Below, one piece after another: positions 49,090 to 62,230 of a DNA stretch of 64,000 nucleotides. Below the pieces are notes generated by a model, which saw only the letters and a list, made by a program, of their open reading frames with translations, ran no database searches and was not told the DNA's origin. Origin of the DNA: Octopus vulgaris (taxonomy: Eukaryota); assembly GCA_951406725.2 (NCBI GenBank), contig OX597843.1:14942001-15006000 (forward strand). Direction: 5' to 3'. Numbering within the stretch: the stretch's first letter is position 1; the number at the start of each line of letters is the position of its first letter. Both the position numbers and the translations under genes were made by a program.

Positions 49090-52029
49090 AACAACAAACA
49101 AGAAGAGGCCAAATATCCATCAAATGTAAATAATGTTCATTTAAGTCATTAGAGATTGGTTTCAGGGTAATTTTACTGTTATTTCTAGCAGGTCCACTGA
49201 ATCTGCAGAACCTCTCTTGTTGATCTCTGACACCATCACAGTACACGGAAGGGGAGGGTGCAGCAATACACTTTCTCCTTTCCATCCTTCCCTCTCCTCA
49301 AATCCAACCCCAATCTGAGACATGGCCGTGTGGTTAAGAGGTTTGTTTCACAACCACTTGGTTCCAGGTTCAATCCCATTGTGTGACACCTCAGGCAAGT
49401 GTCTTCTATAGCTTTGAACTGACCAATCATTATTTGATGTCCATTTCCTATACTGGTATGGGTTGGATGGTTATATATATATTGCCATATTTCATTCCAT
49501 AACAGTTACCTCTGGTGAGCGCAAGGTTACATAATCAGATTGTTATCTAACACTCCGTTGAACCTGGTGCGAAACCGATTGGCAAGATCAGCCGTAATGG
49601 ATATATATAATATTGAACACTTTGATCTGTGTGTATGGTTGTTTAGTCCACATAACTCTGTAAGGAATTTAAGGCTCGTTTCCCAGTTTCTCTGTCAAAT
49701 ATATTCTTCCAGGGATGAGCTCCAGTCCATCGCAGCAGTATGTACATCTGCCGGCTGAGTGGACTGTTGCAACATGAAATGAAGTGTTTTGCTCAAGAAC
49801 ACAATGCATTGCCCAGTGCAGGAATTGAAACCACAATCTCACGATCATGAGTCCAACACCCTATCCACTAAACCATGCACCTCCACACACACATGTGTCA
49901 TTTAATGTGCTTTATATTGATGCTGGCAATGGGGGTTGGATGGTTTTACATGAACAGACAATCCAGAGGGCTGCCCTAGGTTCTAATATTGGTGTTGGCA
50001 TGGTTCTTATAGCTGGATGCCCTTCTTAATGCCCACCACTCCTCAGAGTGCCCTGGGTGCTTTTCTTAAGAGAATCCAGCACAGGCAATACACACACACA
50101 TACATCTGTGTGTGTGTTTATATTTCTTCCCCTCACCATTGGTGTTGGTTCATTTACGTCCATGTAACTTAGCAGTTAGGCAAGAGAGATCAAAAAAATA
50201 AGGAGCAAACTTCTAAATAAGTGTTAGGATTTATCTGTTCAACCAAAATGGCTGCCCCAGCATGGCCACAGTTCAATGACTGAAACAAGTAGAGAACAAA
50301 AGTCAAAGAGACAACAAAAGGCAGGGTGGTCATGTCTGGAGTCTGTTTGATCAATCATAGGTTGTGTTTGCTCCATCAGCACTAACCTAGGGTTAAATGA
50401 CTATTGTCTTTGTCCTCCTCACCCTCCTCCCATATTTGAAAAAGGATTAGATAATGTAGAAGGGATGTTGTCCCTTTTTCTGTCAGCTTGGCCCCTGTTT
50501 TCATTAAGGGACTATAAATGTCTAATGCATAAGGGATTATCCTCTTTCCTGACTCCCTGACCCTTTATATAACTAATGTATGCAGCGGTTGTCCTTTTTC
50601 CTGTCACTCCAGCCCCTATCTTTCATTAAGAGTTTATATGTAACTATTATATATGGGGATTGTCCCCTTTTCTGTCAGCTTGGCCCCTATCTGTCATTAA
50701 GGGCCTAATGTATGAGGAGATTGTCTCCTGTTGTTCTGACCCTTATTTTTTCATTAAGGCATGGCACCAATGTTTTCTTTGCACATTTTTTTCTTTTTCT
50801 TCCTATTTTTTCTTTATTTTTTAATAACATTCAATTTTTTATTTATTTTTTTGCACTGATTTATTTTTCTTGTTTTCCTTGTTTTTTTTTTTCTGCTTTT
50901 GATTTCTGACTTGAAATAATCTGAATTACTGGTGTGTGTGTGTAAAATGAGAGAGCAGGAGGGAGGGCCATATGTGGAGAGTCATGATTGCTATCAAGGA
51001 CTGATTTAGAGATAGAGTAAAACTCCCACAAAATTTAGAAATTTCCCTGGGGTTGGGGAAGGACCAAATGCTCCACCCCACCCCAAACCCCAACCCATTG
51101 CTGTATCCATCCACTAAAAACCTTTATGTCTTTTACTAGCTTCGGTCGTTGATCTGTGGCCATGCTGGGGCAATGCCTTGCAGTTGTTTTAGTCAAACAA
51201 ACTGACCCCAGAACTTACGGTTTTTTTTTTTGTGTTTTGGCTTTTTCTTTTCTTTTAACAAATTCTGGTTCTTCTGTTGCTCCCTTGCCGAACCCCTGAG
51301 TTACAGGAATGTAAACAAACCAACACTGGTTGTCATGTTCAGGTGGTGGTGGTGGTGGTGGGAGTAACAAACACACACACGCATACAGACATATGCGCAG
51401 ATACACACACATTCCCATACACCAGGCTTCCACACAGTTTCCATCTACCAAATTCACTCAGACAGCATCACATGCACTAAACAAGGGCACACACACACAC
51501 GCGCACACACACACACACACATGTATACACACATGCGCACACATCCATATACACAGACATATATTTATATATATGTGACAGGCTTCCTCTCAGTTTCCAT
51601 CTATGAAATTCCCTCACAAGGCATTGGTCAGTTTGGGGCTATAGTAGAAGACCCTGGCCCAAGGTGCTGTGCTGTGGGCCTGAACCCAAATCTACATGGC
51701 TGCCAGGCAAGGCTGTTCACTACACAGCTATATGTCTACATGTGTATTCGTGAATCTGGAGGAAGGGGATTGCAGGGGGTCGGTGTTTGCGGGGAAGAAG
51801 GACTGGTCATTGCAGTGGGAAAATGAGCAATTTGATAGGAGTTTAGATACGATGAAGAGGATGAGAGGTGAACAGGTTTAAGGAGATAAGGGTGGCTAAG
51901 TGGAAGGGGTCAAGTGTATTTGGTAGGATTAGGAACTCACATTGTAAATAGCCGATAAAATGTATCGCAAAATCCTGTCTCTAGTGTTCTAATGTGTGTG
52001 TATGTGTTTTCATATATATATATATATAT

Positions 52030-52108
<79 letters not shown>

Positions 52109-53426
52109 TATATATATATAACGGGAAGGTTTACGAAAATAAACAAAAGATGAAGGCAGGTGGAGTACAAACAAACAATGTATTAGTATGGCGCTCAGGA
52201 ATAGAAATAGAACAAGTCTTTTACGTTTCGAGCCTACGCTCTTTGACAGAAAGATACACAGAAAAAAAACAAGGAGACAAAAAAAAAATGCGTGTAGGAG
52301 CTAACAGTCTATCATGGCGTTCTGATTTCAGGCAGAAGTCAGAGGTCATATATATATATATATCACGTGATCACTGTGACCGACCAGGCTATCAGATGTT
52401 GCTACACATCGCTGGTCACAATGCTCTTCACATTGTTTTAGCCTTCAAATGACGCCACCCTTCTGGCTAAGCGAGCAGGCCAATATATATATATATATAT
52501 AAACCTCTGTATCATCTCACCTATTTTCACCCCCACCCACTGTCCCATCACATCTGGCCATCATTTCCCTCACTATTGCTCTCCTTTCTTTTTTCCAGCC
52601 GGGGTACCCATTTATCTGCTTGGCAGTAAGACCCCTATCTCTGTCCTTCCATAGGTCAATTAGCACCAGACCATTGCACCCCCCCCCCTCTTTCATGATC
52701 AAGGGCTTTTGTCTTGCAAGGTACTTGGTGACTCTTTCGGTGTCACTTAAAAGCCCCACCAGTACCAATCTGTGACCCGGTTGGTGTTAGGATGGGGATT
52801 CAGCTGTAGAAGCCATGCCAAAACAGGCGATGGAGCCTGGTATGACTCCCAGCCTTGCCCCTGCCTCTGGAACTGTCCAACCCATGCCAGCATGGAAAAT
52901 GGACAGTAAATGATGAGGATGATGATACGTAGATGCAGTCATGGCTGTGTGATTAAAGTCTGGAACTTTTCAGCACTCCCTCGTGTGTGTGTGTGTGTGT
53001 GTGTATATGTGTATATATAGGCGCAGGAGTGGCTGTGTGGTAAGTAGCTTGCTTACCAACCACATGGTTCCGGGTTCAGTCCCACTGCGTGGCACCTTGG
53101 GCAAGTGTATTCTACTATAGCCTCGGGACGACCAAAGCCTTGTGAGTGGATTTGGTAGACGGAAACTGAAAGAAGCCCGTCATATATATGTATGTGTGTA
53201 TATGTTTGTGTGTCTGTGTTTGTCCCCCTAGCATTGCTTGACAACCGATGCTGGTGTGTTTATGTCCCCGTTACTTAGCGGTTTGACAAAAGAGACCGAT
53301 AGAATAAGTACTGGGCTTACAAAAGAATAAGTCCCGGGTCGATTTGCTCGATTAAAAGCGGTGCTCCAGCATGGTCGCAGTCAAATGACTGAAACATGTA
53401 AAAGAGAGAGAGAGAGAGTATAGCTA

Positions 53427-53495
<69 letters not shown>

Positions 53496-54159
53496 TTCAT
53501 TCAATTATGGTAATAGTTGAATGATATTCTTAAGGTCGCAATTTACTCACAAGCAGCATCTTTCAGAGCTTGTTACTAATTCAGTTCTTAACCATATTGA
53601 AAATTGTTATTAATGTCCCTAGCTACATTTTGGCATTAAAAAAATTTGAGATTTGATCCAGTAGAAAAAAAAAGTTTACATCAAAATTTGTAGCAACATT
53701 ATAGGAGAGTAAGTAATACCACCAGTCATGTTAAGATCTAAATAACTTTTACCTAAAAAGCAAAATAATTTATTTTAGCTTGAAGAATTTAATAGTTTTG
53801 GTTCCCTGCAACAAAAATTTGTATCAAAAATTTTGTGAGGTAAAATATGAAAAAAAATATAAGGCAAGAAATTGGATTTAAGTATAATTAACTTTTTTTA
53901 TTTTAAAAACAAATTATATTTTAATTAAGCTTAAATGATAGAGCTCAATTCAAGGAATTTCATGGTATCAATCTCATGCAATGAAGTTTTAAAAGAAAAA
54001 AATTATGAGTCTGTTGCCTGAGGGAAAAGATACTCTGAGTAACAACCAACAATGGACTAAGTTTTAAACCTCCCCACTTAACCCTTTTGAATGCCCTCTT
54101 TTTCTCCTTTTTTCACTTCAGTGCAATTCATGCCAGTGTTCAACTGAATTGTGTCTCCT

Positions 54160-54235
54160 TATCCATCCATCCATCCAATTATCTATCTACCCACCCACCC
54201 ATCCATCCATTATCTATCTATTTATCTGTCCATCT

Positions 54236-54267
<32 letters not shown>

Positions 54268-54437
54268 CAGTTATCTATCTACATTATCTATCCATCTGTC
54301 CGTCCATCCATCCATCCATCCATCCATCCATCCATCCATCTATCTATCTATCTATCAGGCCATTTATCTGCCTGTCTGCCTCCTATCTATCTGTTTATTT
54401 GTTTGTTTGTCTATCTATCTATCTATCTATCTATCTA

Positions 54438-54469
<32 letters not shown>

Positions 54470-54470
54470 A
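54160..54470. repeat. Compound (CATC)n/(TATC)n/(TA)n microsatellite
   Basis: Read directly. Confidence 0.95.
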
Positions 54471-54779
54471 CGGGAAGGTTTACGAAAATAAACAAAAGAT
54501 GAAGGCAGGTGGAGTACATAACAAACAATGTATTAGTATGGCACTCAGGAATAGAAATAGAAAAAGTCTTTTACGTTTCAAGCCTACGCTCTTTGACAGA
54601 AAGATACACAGGTGCACGAGTGGCTGTGTGGTAAGTAGCTTGTTTACCAACCACATGGTTCCAGGTTCAGTCCCACTGCGTGGCACCTTGGGCAAGTGTC
54701 TTTTACTATAGCCTCAGGCCGACCAAAGCCTTGTGAGTGGATTTGGTAGACAGAAACTGAAAGAAGCCCTTCGTATATA

Positions 54780-54837
<58 letters not shown>

Positions 54838-55572
54838 CATTTGTGTGTCTGTGTTTGTCCCCCCAACATCACTTGACAACTGATGCTGGTGTGTTATGTC
54901 CCCATCACTTAGTGGTTCGGCAAAAGAGACCAATAGAATAAGTACTGGGCTTACAAAGAATAAGTCCCGGGGTCGAGTTGCTCGACTAAAGGCGGTACTC
55001 CAGCATGGCCGCAGTCAAATGACTGAAACATGTAAAAGAGTAAAAGAGAGAGAAAAAAAACAAGGAGAAAAAATTGCGTGTAGGAGCTAACGGTCCATCA
55101 TGATATATACATATATATATGTATGTATGTATATATATATATAGGTGCAGGTGTGGGTGTATGGTATGAAGCTTGCTCCCCAACCATATGGTTCCGGGTT
55201 CAGTCCCAATGTGGAACCTTGGGCAAATGTCTTCTGCTATAGCCTTGAGCCAAAGAAAGCGATGTGAGTGGATTTGGCAGACAATATAACTATGTATGTG
55301 TATGTATATATATATATATATGTATATCCGTGTGTGTGTATCTGTGTTTGTCCCCCACCATTGCTTGATAACTGGTGTTGGTGTGTTTATGTCCTTGTAA
55401 CTTAGCAGTTTGGCAAAAAGGACCAACAGAATAAGTTCTAGGCTTAAGAAAAAAATTAAACACTGGGGTCGATTCATTTGACTAAAACAAATTGTTCAAT
55501 GTGGTGCTCCAGCATGGCCACAGTGAAAGATAAAAGTAAAGGATATATATATATATATATATATATTTATGA

Positions 55573-55856
55573 CTAGCAGTATCGCTCGGGTTTGTAAGGG
55601 AAATAACTATATAAGCATTTTTAGAGAGTTACTTCCCTTATATAAACCGAGCAAAAAATGCGAAAAAATGATGGTAAATTTTTTTAAATCGTAGACTCAT
55701 CGTAGACGCGCACTAATACCCAGAAGGGCTTGATATGAATCACAACTTTAAGATACCCGCTTTTGGTTAAACTGCACCGCAAAATGTGGGAGTAGTTAGG
55801 AATCTAAATTGGAGGAGACAGACTCTCACACACACAACTTCAGTTTTATATAAAGA
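55573..55856 (-). mobile_element. Non-autonomous Helitron
   Basis: Close paralog of 3109-3392; TC...CTAG termini in an A|T site. Confidence 0.85.
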
Positions 55857-57394
55857 TTTTGTATTCATTTGTAGAATCATTAGGCTGTCAGACAAAATAC
55901 CTTGTGGTATTTGGTCTGCCTTTTTACTGTATTCTTTGTGGAAATCCCATTCAGGTTCCCCTGTGAAATGTAATCCTTATTTACGTTGTTTTGAATCAGT
56001 CCTGCAGCATCTCACAGCTTTGAAATTTTGATGACATCATTGGTTATTTTTAGAACGACATTGTAGGGCATGTGTAAGGAGCAGGATCTGGCCATTCTGA
56101 ATATAAAACAAGGAGAATATTTGCCCTGGATTATGTTTGGTTAAAATGCTTAAAGAGTGAGGTCAGTCCGACATTGTTCTTTACTTTGTGTTGGTAACTC
56201 TGGTCCACTTGTCCTTCTCTTGGACAGTATCAGTGGGCACCTGCTGGTCTTCCATACAACATGGCAAAGGGAGGTAACACTTCACTGTTAGCTCCCCTTG
56301 CTGTACTGACATTGACTGAAGTAAAATTTTCCAGCTGTCGTTACATATGTAATATCAAAGGATAAGAATTTCACTTGTCAACTACATTGCTCTGGATTCA
56401 GTCCTTAAGCAAGTCTCTTCTTTAACCATTGGCTGACCAGAATCTTAAAAGTAAATCTGGTAGGAGCAGGAGTGGCTGTGTGGTAAGAAGCTTGCTTCCC
56501 AACCACGTGCTTCCAGGTTCAGTCCCACTGTGTGGCACCTTGGGCAAGTGTCTTCTACTATCGCCTCGGGCCGACCAAAGCCTTATGAGTGGATTTGGTA
56601 AACGGAAACTGAAAGAAGCCCGTCGTGTATATATATTTATGTGTGTGTGCCTTTGTGTCTGTGTTTGTCTCCCACAACATTACTTGACAACCAATGTTGG
56701 TGTGTTTATGTCTCTGTAACTTAGCAGTTCAGCAAGAGACTGATAGAATAAGTACTAGGCTTGTAAAGAATAAGTCCTGGTGTTGATTTCTTCGACTATA
56801 TTTGGTGCTCCAGCATGGCCACAGTCATATGACTGAAACCAGTAAAGGAGTAAAACTAGAAGTCTAGTTTGTGCATGAGGTTGAAGTTTACATTTTGATC
56901 ACATGGTTATGGGTTCAGTCCCACCCTGCAGTACGTAGGGGCCTGTGTCTTTTACCAAAGCAGTATGAAGCAGATTTAATGGAAATTGACAAAAGCCCAC
57001 TCTGTGTGTGTGTGTGTCTCTTATGTTTACTTGCATCTACAATCGCTTCTATGAAAGGGCAGAGGGCTGCATTGGTGTCACTTTCTCATAGCTAGAGATG
57101 GTCCGTTGTGTGCAATGGGTGATGCCTTAATTAAAGAACAGGTGAGGAAAGTTCGCATAATAATAATAATTAGGTGTAAACACATGAACAAAATAAAAAT
57201 AAACAAAAACAAATTGCACGAACGTATATAAACAGGAGATACAAATATTACAGGCATCCCCCCCTCACACAACTAAATAAACATAGACGCACATAGAGAT
57301 ATAAGCATGCGCAAATGAAGACACATACAATAGAAATACAAAATGGCTGACAGTTAGTAAGGAGAGACACACAAATAAGAAAGAAGAAAACAAA

Positions 57395-57439
57395 GGACCA
57401 CTGATGAGGTCACAGGAGTCTGATGAAAGAACTCTGGCC
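57395..57439 (+). ncRNA. Minimal type I hammerhead ribozyme D, copy 1
   Basis: CCA-CUGAUGA(57401-57407)-G-GUCA..UGAU-GAAA-GAAC-UC-UGG; predicted cut after 57434. Confidence 0.6.
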
Positions 57440-57661
57440 GAAATAAGATTAAGATTAATGTAAAAAATAAATAACACTGAAGCAAAGTAACACCAAATAT
57501 ATAGTGCGTGTGTTTTTATTGGCTAAATTGGCAAAATGACCATTCCTAAATACAACAAAAACTTAGACACATACTTGTACATTAATCTTCATCTTATTTC
57601 GGCCAGTGTTCTTTTGTCACACTCCTGTGACCGCATCAGAAATAAGAAAGAAGAAAGCAAA

Positions 57662-57706
57662 GGACCACTGATGAGGCCACAGGAGTGTGACGAAAGAACT
57701 CTGGCT
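57662..57706 (+). ncRNA. Minimal type I hammerhead ribozyme D, copy 2
   Basis: CCA-CUGAUGA-G-GCCACA ggag UGUGAC-GAAA-GAAC-UC-UGG; predicted cut after 57701. Confidence 0.6.
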
Positions 57707-57867
57707 GAAATAAGATTAAGATTAATGTAAAAAATAAATAACGCTGAAAAATTAATAACACCAAATATATAGTGCGTGTGTTTTTATTGGCTAAATTGGC
57801 AAAATGACCTTTCCGAAATACAACAATATCTGTTTCAACACACGATTTCACATCAAAAATCTTGCAA

Positions 57868-57930
<63 letters not shown>

Positions 57931-59869
57931 AAATAAGCACACACACTTATATGTGCATATGTATATATATTTAGAGAGGGGGTTGGAGATTTATAGCAAT
58001 CATGGAAATTCTACACTTATTTTCTCAACTACAAGTCTGTTTCAAATTTATAGTGAACCTCCTTGAAATTTTACTTTTCTGCAATGTTTTTGCAGTATAG
58101 TGATGTCTAAAAAAGAGAGACTAGATTTGTCTTCTTTCTTATAATAAGCCACACTGTCACATACCATCATAATCCTTTCTGCTGAAGGCACAAGGCCTCA
58201 AATCTTGGAGGTTGGAGGTTTCAAGTGGCTGTGTGGTAAGTAGCTTGCTTACCAACCACATGGTTCCGGGTTCAGTCCCACTGCATGGCACCTTGGGCAA
58301 GTGTCTTCTGCTATAGCCTCAGGCCGACCAATGCCTTGTGAATGGATTTGGTAGACGGAAACTAAAAGAATCCCGTCGTATATATGTATATATATATATG
58401 TGTTTGTGTGTCTGTGTTTGTCCCCCTAGCATTGCTTGACAACCGATGCTGGTGTGTTTACGTCCCTGTCACTTAGCGGTTCGGCAAAAAGAGATCGATA
58501 GAATAAGTACTGGGCTTACAAAGAATAAGTCCCGGGGTCAAGTTGCTCGACTAAAGGCGGTGCTCCAGCATGGCCGCAGTCAAATGACTGAAACAAGTAA
58601 AAGAGTAAAGAGAGAGAGTAAGAGTATATACATTTCATCATACAATACTATTCAACCACAGGCTTGGCTGTGTGGTAAGAAGATTGCTTCCCAACCACAT
58701 GGATTTGGGTTCAGTCCCATTGTGTGTCATCTTGGATAAGTGTCTTTTGCAGCTGGCTCAGGCCAAATAATGCTTTGTGGGTGGATTTAGTGGAAAAGAA
58801 ATTGGAAGAAGACTTAGTGGTTTGGCAAAGAAGATCAATCGTATAAGTACTGGGTTTTAAAAAATATGTTCTGGGGTCAATTCACATACCATCATAATTC
58901 TTTCTGCTGAAGGCACAAGGCCTCAAATCTGGGGTGAGGGGACCAGTCGATTACATCACCCCCCCACCCCATCTAGTGTCTTCACTGGTACTTAATCTAT
59001 TGATCCTGAAAAGATGAAAGGCAAAGTCGACCTCAGCGGAATTTGAACTCAGAACATAGTGGTAGACGATTCTGCCAGCTCACTGCCCGGTGGCATGTAA
59101 AAGGCACCATCCGATCGTGGCCGTTTGCCAGCCTCGTCTGGCACATAAAAAGTACCCACTACACTCACAGAGTGGTTGGCGTTAGGAAGGGCATCCAGCC
59201 GTAGAAACATTGCCAGATCAGACTGGGCTTGGTGCAGCCTTCTGGTTTCCCAAACCCCAGTTGAACCATCCAACCCATGCCAGCATGGAAAGCGGACGCT
59301 AAACAATCATGATGATGATGAAGCTCATCATTTTATGCCTCCTCCTTATTACAATCTCCCCTCCGCAGCTGCAGCAGTTCAGAAAAACCCCTTAGTTTGC
59401 ATTGGTCAGAGGTGATTGGTCTCTCCTACAAACTTGGTGGCCTTTGCCCGGCAACACAAGACCCTTGTCTCACCCCTTAGCGTCCAGATTCCTCTGTCAA
59501 ATGCTTTGTTCATTTATTCACATTGTTTTGAATTAATCCTGCTACATCTTGGAGGTTGGAGGTTTCAATGATGTTATCATAAATTATTAGAATGACATTG
59601 TAGGGTAAGAGTGAGAGGTCAGATGTGGTCAGTATGAATATAAAACAGTGAATATTTCGGCCGGATGTGGCTAGTTGAAATGCTAACGGGCGAAACTATT
59701 CTCGATTCCACCAGACTCCCCAGCACTGACAACGTCCCTGGCTTTCCCCAAAGAATTCCATCTTAACCAAACTTTTAATGTGATGATGATGATGATGATG
59801 ATGGAGCATTAGAGAGAGATTGATTTCATTAATTGGAATGTTAACAGTAAAAAATGTATTGACATAGGT

Positions 59870-60495
59870 ACAGGTGGGCCCAACACAGTGCCTTGTGGGA
59901 CACCACTACTGACTTTGGCTGGGCTGGATTTGACTCCTTCGACTACAACATGTTGGGTTCTGTTTGACAGGAAGCCCTTGATCCACTGCAGCAGCTTTCC
60001 AGTGACACCAATATTGGACAGCTTTCTCAAAAGGATCTTATGATCAACCCTGTCAAAGGCCTTGCTGAAATCAAGGTAGATGACATCAGTGTTGGAACCC
60101 TCTCCCAAGGCTCTCAAAATGTCATCGAAGTGATGTAGTAGCTGCGTCAGGCAATCCCTTCCATTACGGAATCCATGCTGGTTGGAGTTCAGCATATTAT
60201 GACTCTCGAGGAAGTGAGTCATTCGCAATCTCAGCACTCTCTCAAATACCTTAATGAGATGAGAGGTGAGTGAGATTGGACGGTAATTCACGGCAAGCGA
60301 TTTGTTTCCTTTTTTGAAAACTGGGACAACAGACTGGGATAGAAGGTTTTCTGGTATATATCCAGCATCCAGTGAGTTCCGCCACAGATTGGTCAGAGGG
60401 GGTGCAAGCTGCAGTTGACACATCTTCAAGACACAAGCAGGGAACCTCTCGGGACCTACTGCTGGATTATGCTTCATTTCCTTTATTGCTGCTAT
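59870..60495 (-). mobile_element. Internal reverse-transcriptase fragment of a CR1/Jockey-group LINE
   Basis: ORF 59809-60477 contains YRPISLTS, QHGFR, YLDFSKAFDRVDH and SGVPQGTVLGP; it is truncated before the YADD motif. Confidence 0.92.
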
Positions 60496-61948
60496 AGATA
60501 GATAGATTAATTTATATATTTATATGTATACATACTTATATACATTTCATCATACAATACTATGCAACCACAGGCTTGGCTGTGTGGTAAGAAGTTTGCT
60601 TGCCAACCACATGGATTTGGATTCAGTCCCATTGTGTGTCATCTTGGATAAGTGTCTTTTGCAGCTGGCTCAGGCCAAATAATGCTTTGTGAGTGGATTT
60701 AGTGGAAAAGAAATTGGAAGAAGACTTAGTGGTTTGGCGAAGAAGATCAATCGAATAAGTACTGGGTTTTAAAAAATATGTTCTGGGGTCAATTCATTCA
60801 ACTAGAATTCATTACTGCAGTGCCCCAGCATGGCCACAGTCTAATGAATGAAGCGAGGGAAAGAAAAACGATACGAACTGTATAGATAGAGAGGCATGTA
60901 ATTTATTGGTGATGGGCTATTCTGGATGGGTGATTGTGGTACAAAGATGGTAAAGGTGATGGATGTGGATGCAGATTTGTTGTGGTTGTTTCAACCTTTG
61001 ACCATTGGATGGAATTTATGTCACAGGCCCAAATAGTCATCTGGTACCCTCTCTCGTTCTCTTTTTTTTTGGGGGGGGGGTTTATCATTTGGCTGTGTGG
61101 TAAGTAGCTTGCTAACCAACTACATGGTTCCAGGTTCAGTCCCACTGCGTGGCATCTTGGGCAAGTGTCTTCTGCTATAGCCCCGGGCCGACCAATGCCT
61201 TGTGAGTGGATTTGGTAGACGGAAACTGAAAGAAGCCCATCGTATATATGTATATATATATATATATATGTATGTGTTTGTGTGTCTGTGTTTGTCCCCC
61301 TAGCATTGCTTGACAACCGATGCTGGTGTGTTTACGTCCCCGTCACTTAGCGGTTCGGCAAAAGAGACCGATAGAATAAGTACTGGGCTTCCAAAGAATA
61401 AGTCCCGGGGTCGATTTGCTTGACTGAAGGCGGTGCTCCAGCATGGCTGCAGTCAAATGACTGAAACAAGTAAAAGAGTAAAAGAATGCAATCAGTCAAC
61501 GATTTGTCCTTTCAACATTTGAGCCTCTTTTGAAGGCAGCAAGGCTGGCAGAATCATTAGCACACCGGGCAAAATGCTTTGCGGCATTTCATCCGTTTTT
61601 ACGATCAGAGTTCAAATTCCGCCGAGGCTGAGCTTGCCTTTCATCCTTTCAGGCTCAATAAAATAAGTACCAGTTATGCACTGGGGTGATGTAGTTGACT
61701 TACCCCCACCTCCAAAATTGCTGTCCTTTTAAATCTGTATTTGATCCCCCTGATGGAAAACTCACTTGCATCACGTGCCTAGATATCCATCCTGTGACCA
61801 CCCTCACCTACTCTCTCCTTTTGTTGTTACAGACAGTCCAACCAACCAACAACTGGTCACTTCAGTTTTCACTGTTCACCAGAAAAAAAACATTTAGATC
61901 ACATGTCTATGGATTCGTCTTCTACTCCACTTTCTCACTCATTCTATG

Positions 61949-62009
<61 letters not shown>

Positions 62010-62040
62010 TTCTCTCTCTCTCTGCTTCTCTCTCTCTCTG

Positions 62041-62090
<50 letters not shown>

Positions 62091-62230
62091 TCTCTCTGCT
62101 TCTCTCTCTCTCTGCTTCTCTCTCTCTCTGCTTCTCTCTCTCTCTCTGCTCTCTCTCTCTCTCTCTCTCTCTGCTTCTCTCTCTCTCTCTCTCTGCTTCT
62201 CTCTCTCTCATTCTCTGCTTCTCTCTCTCT

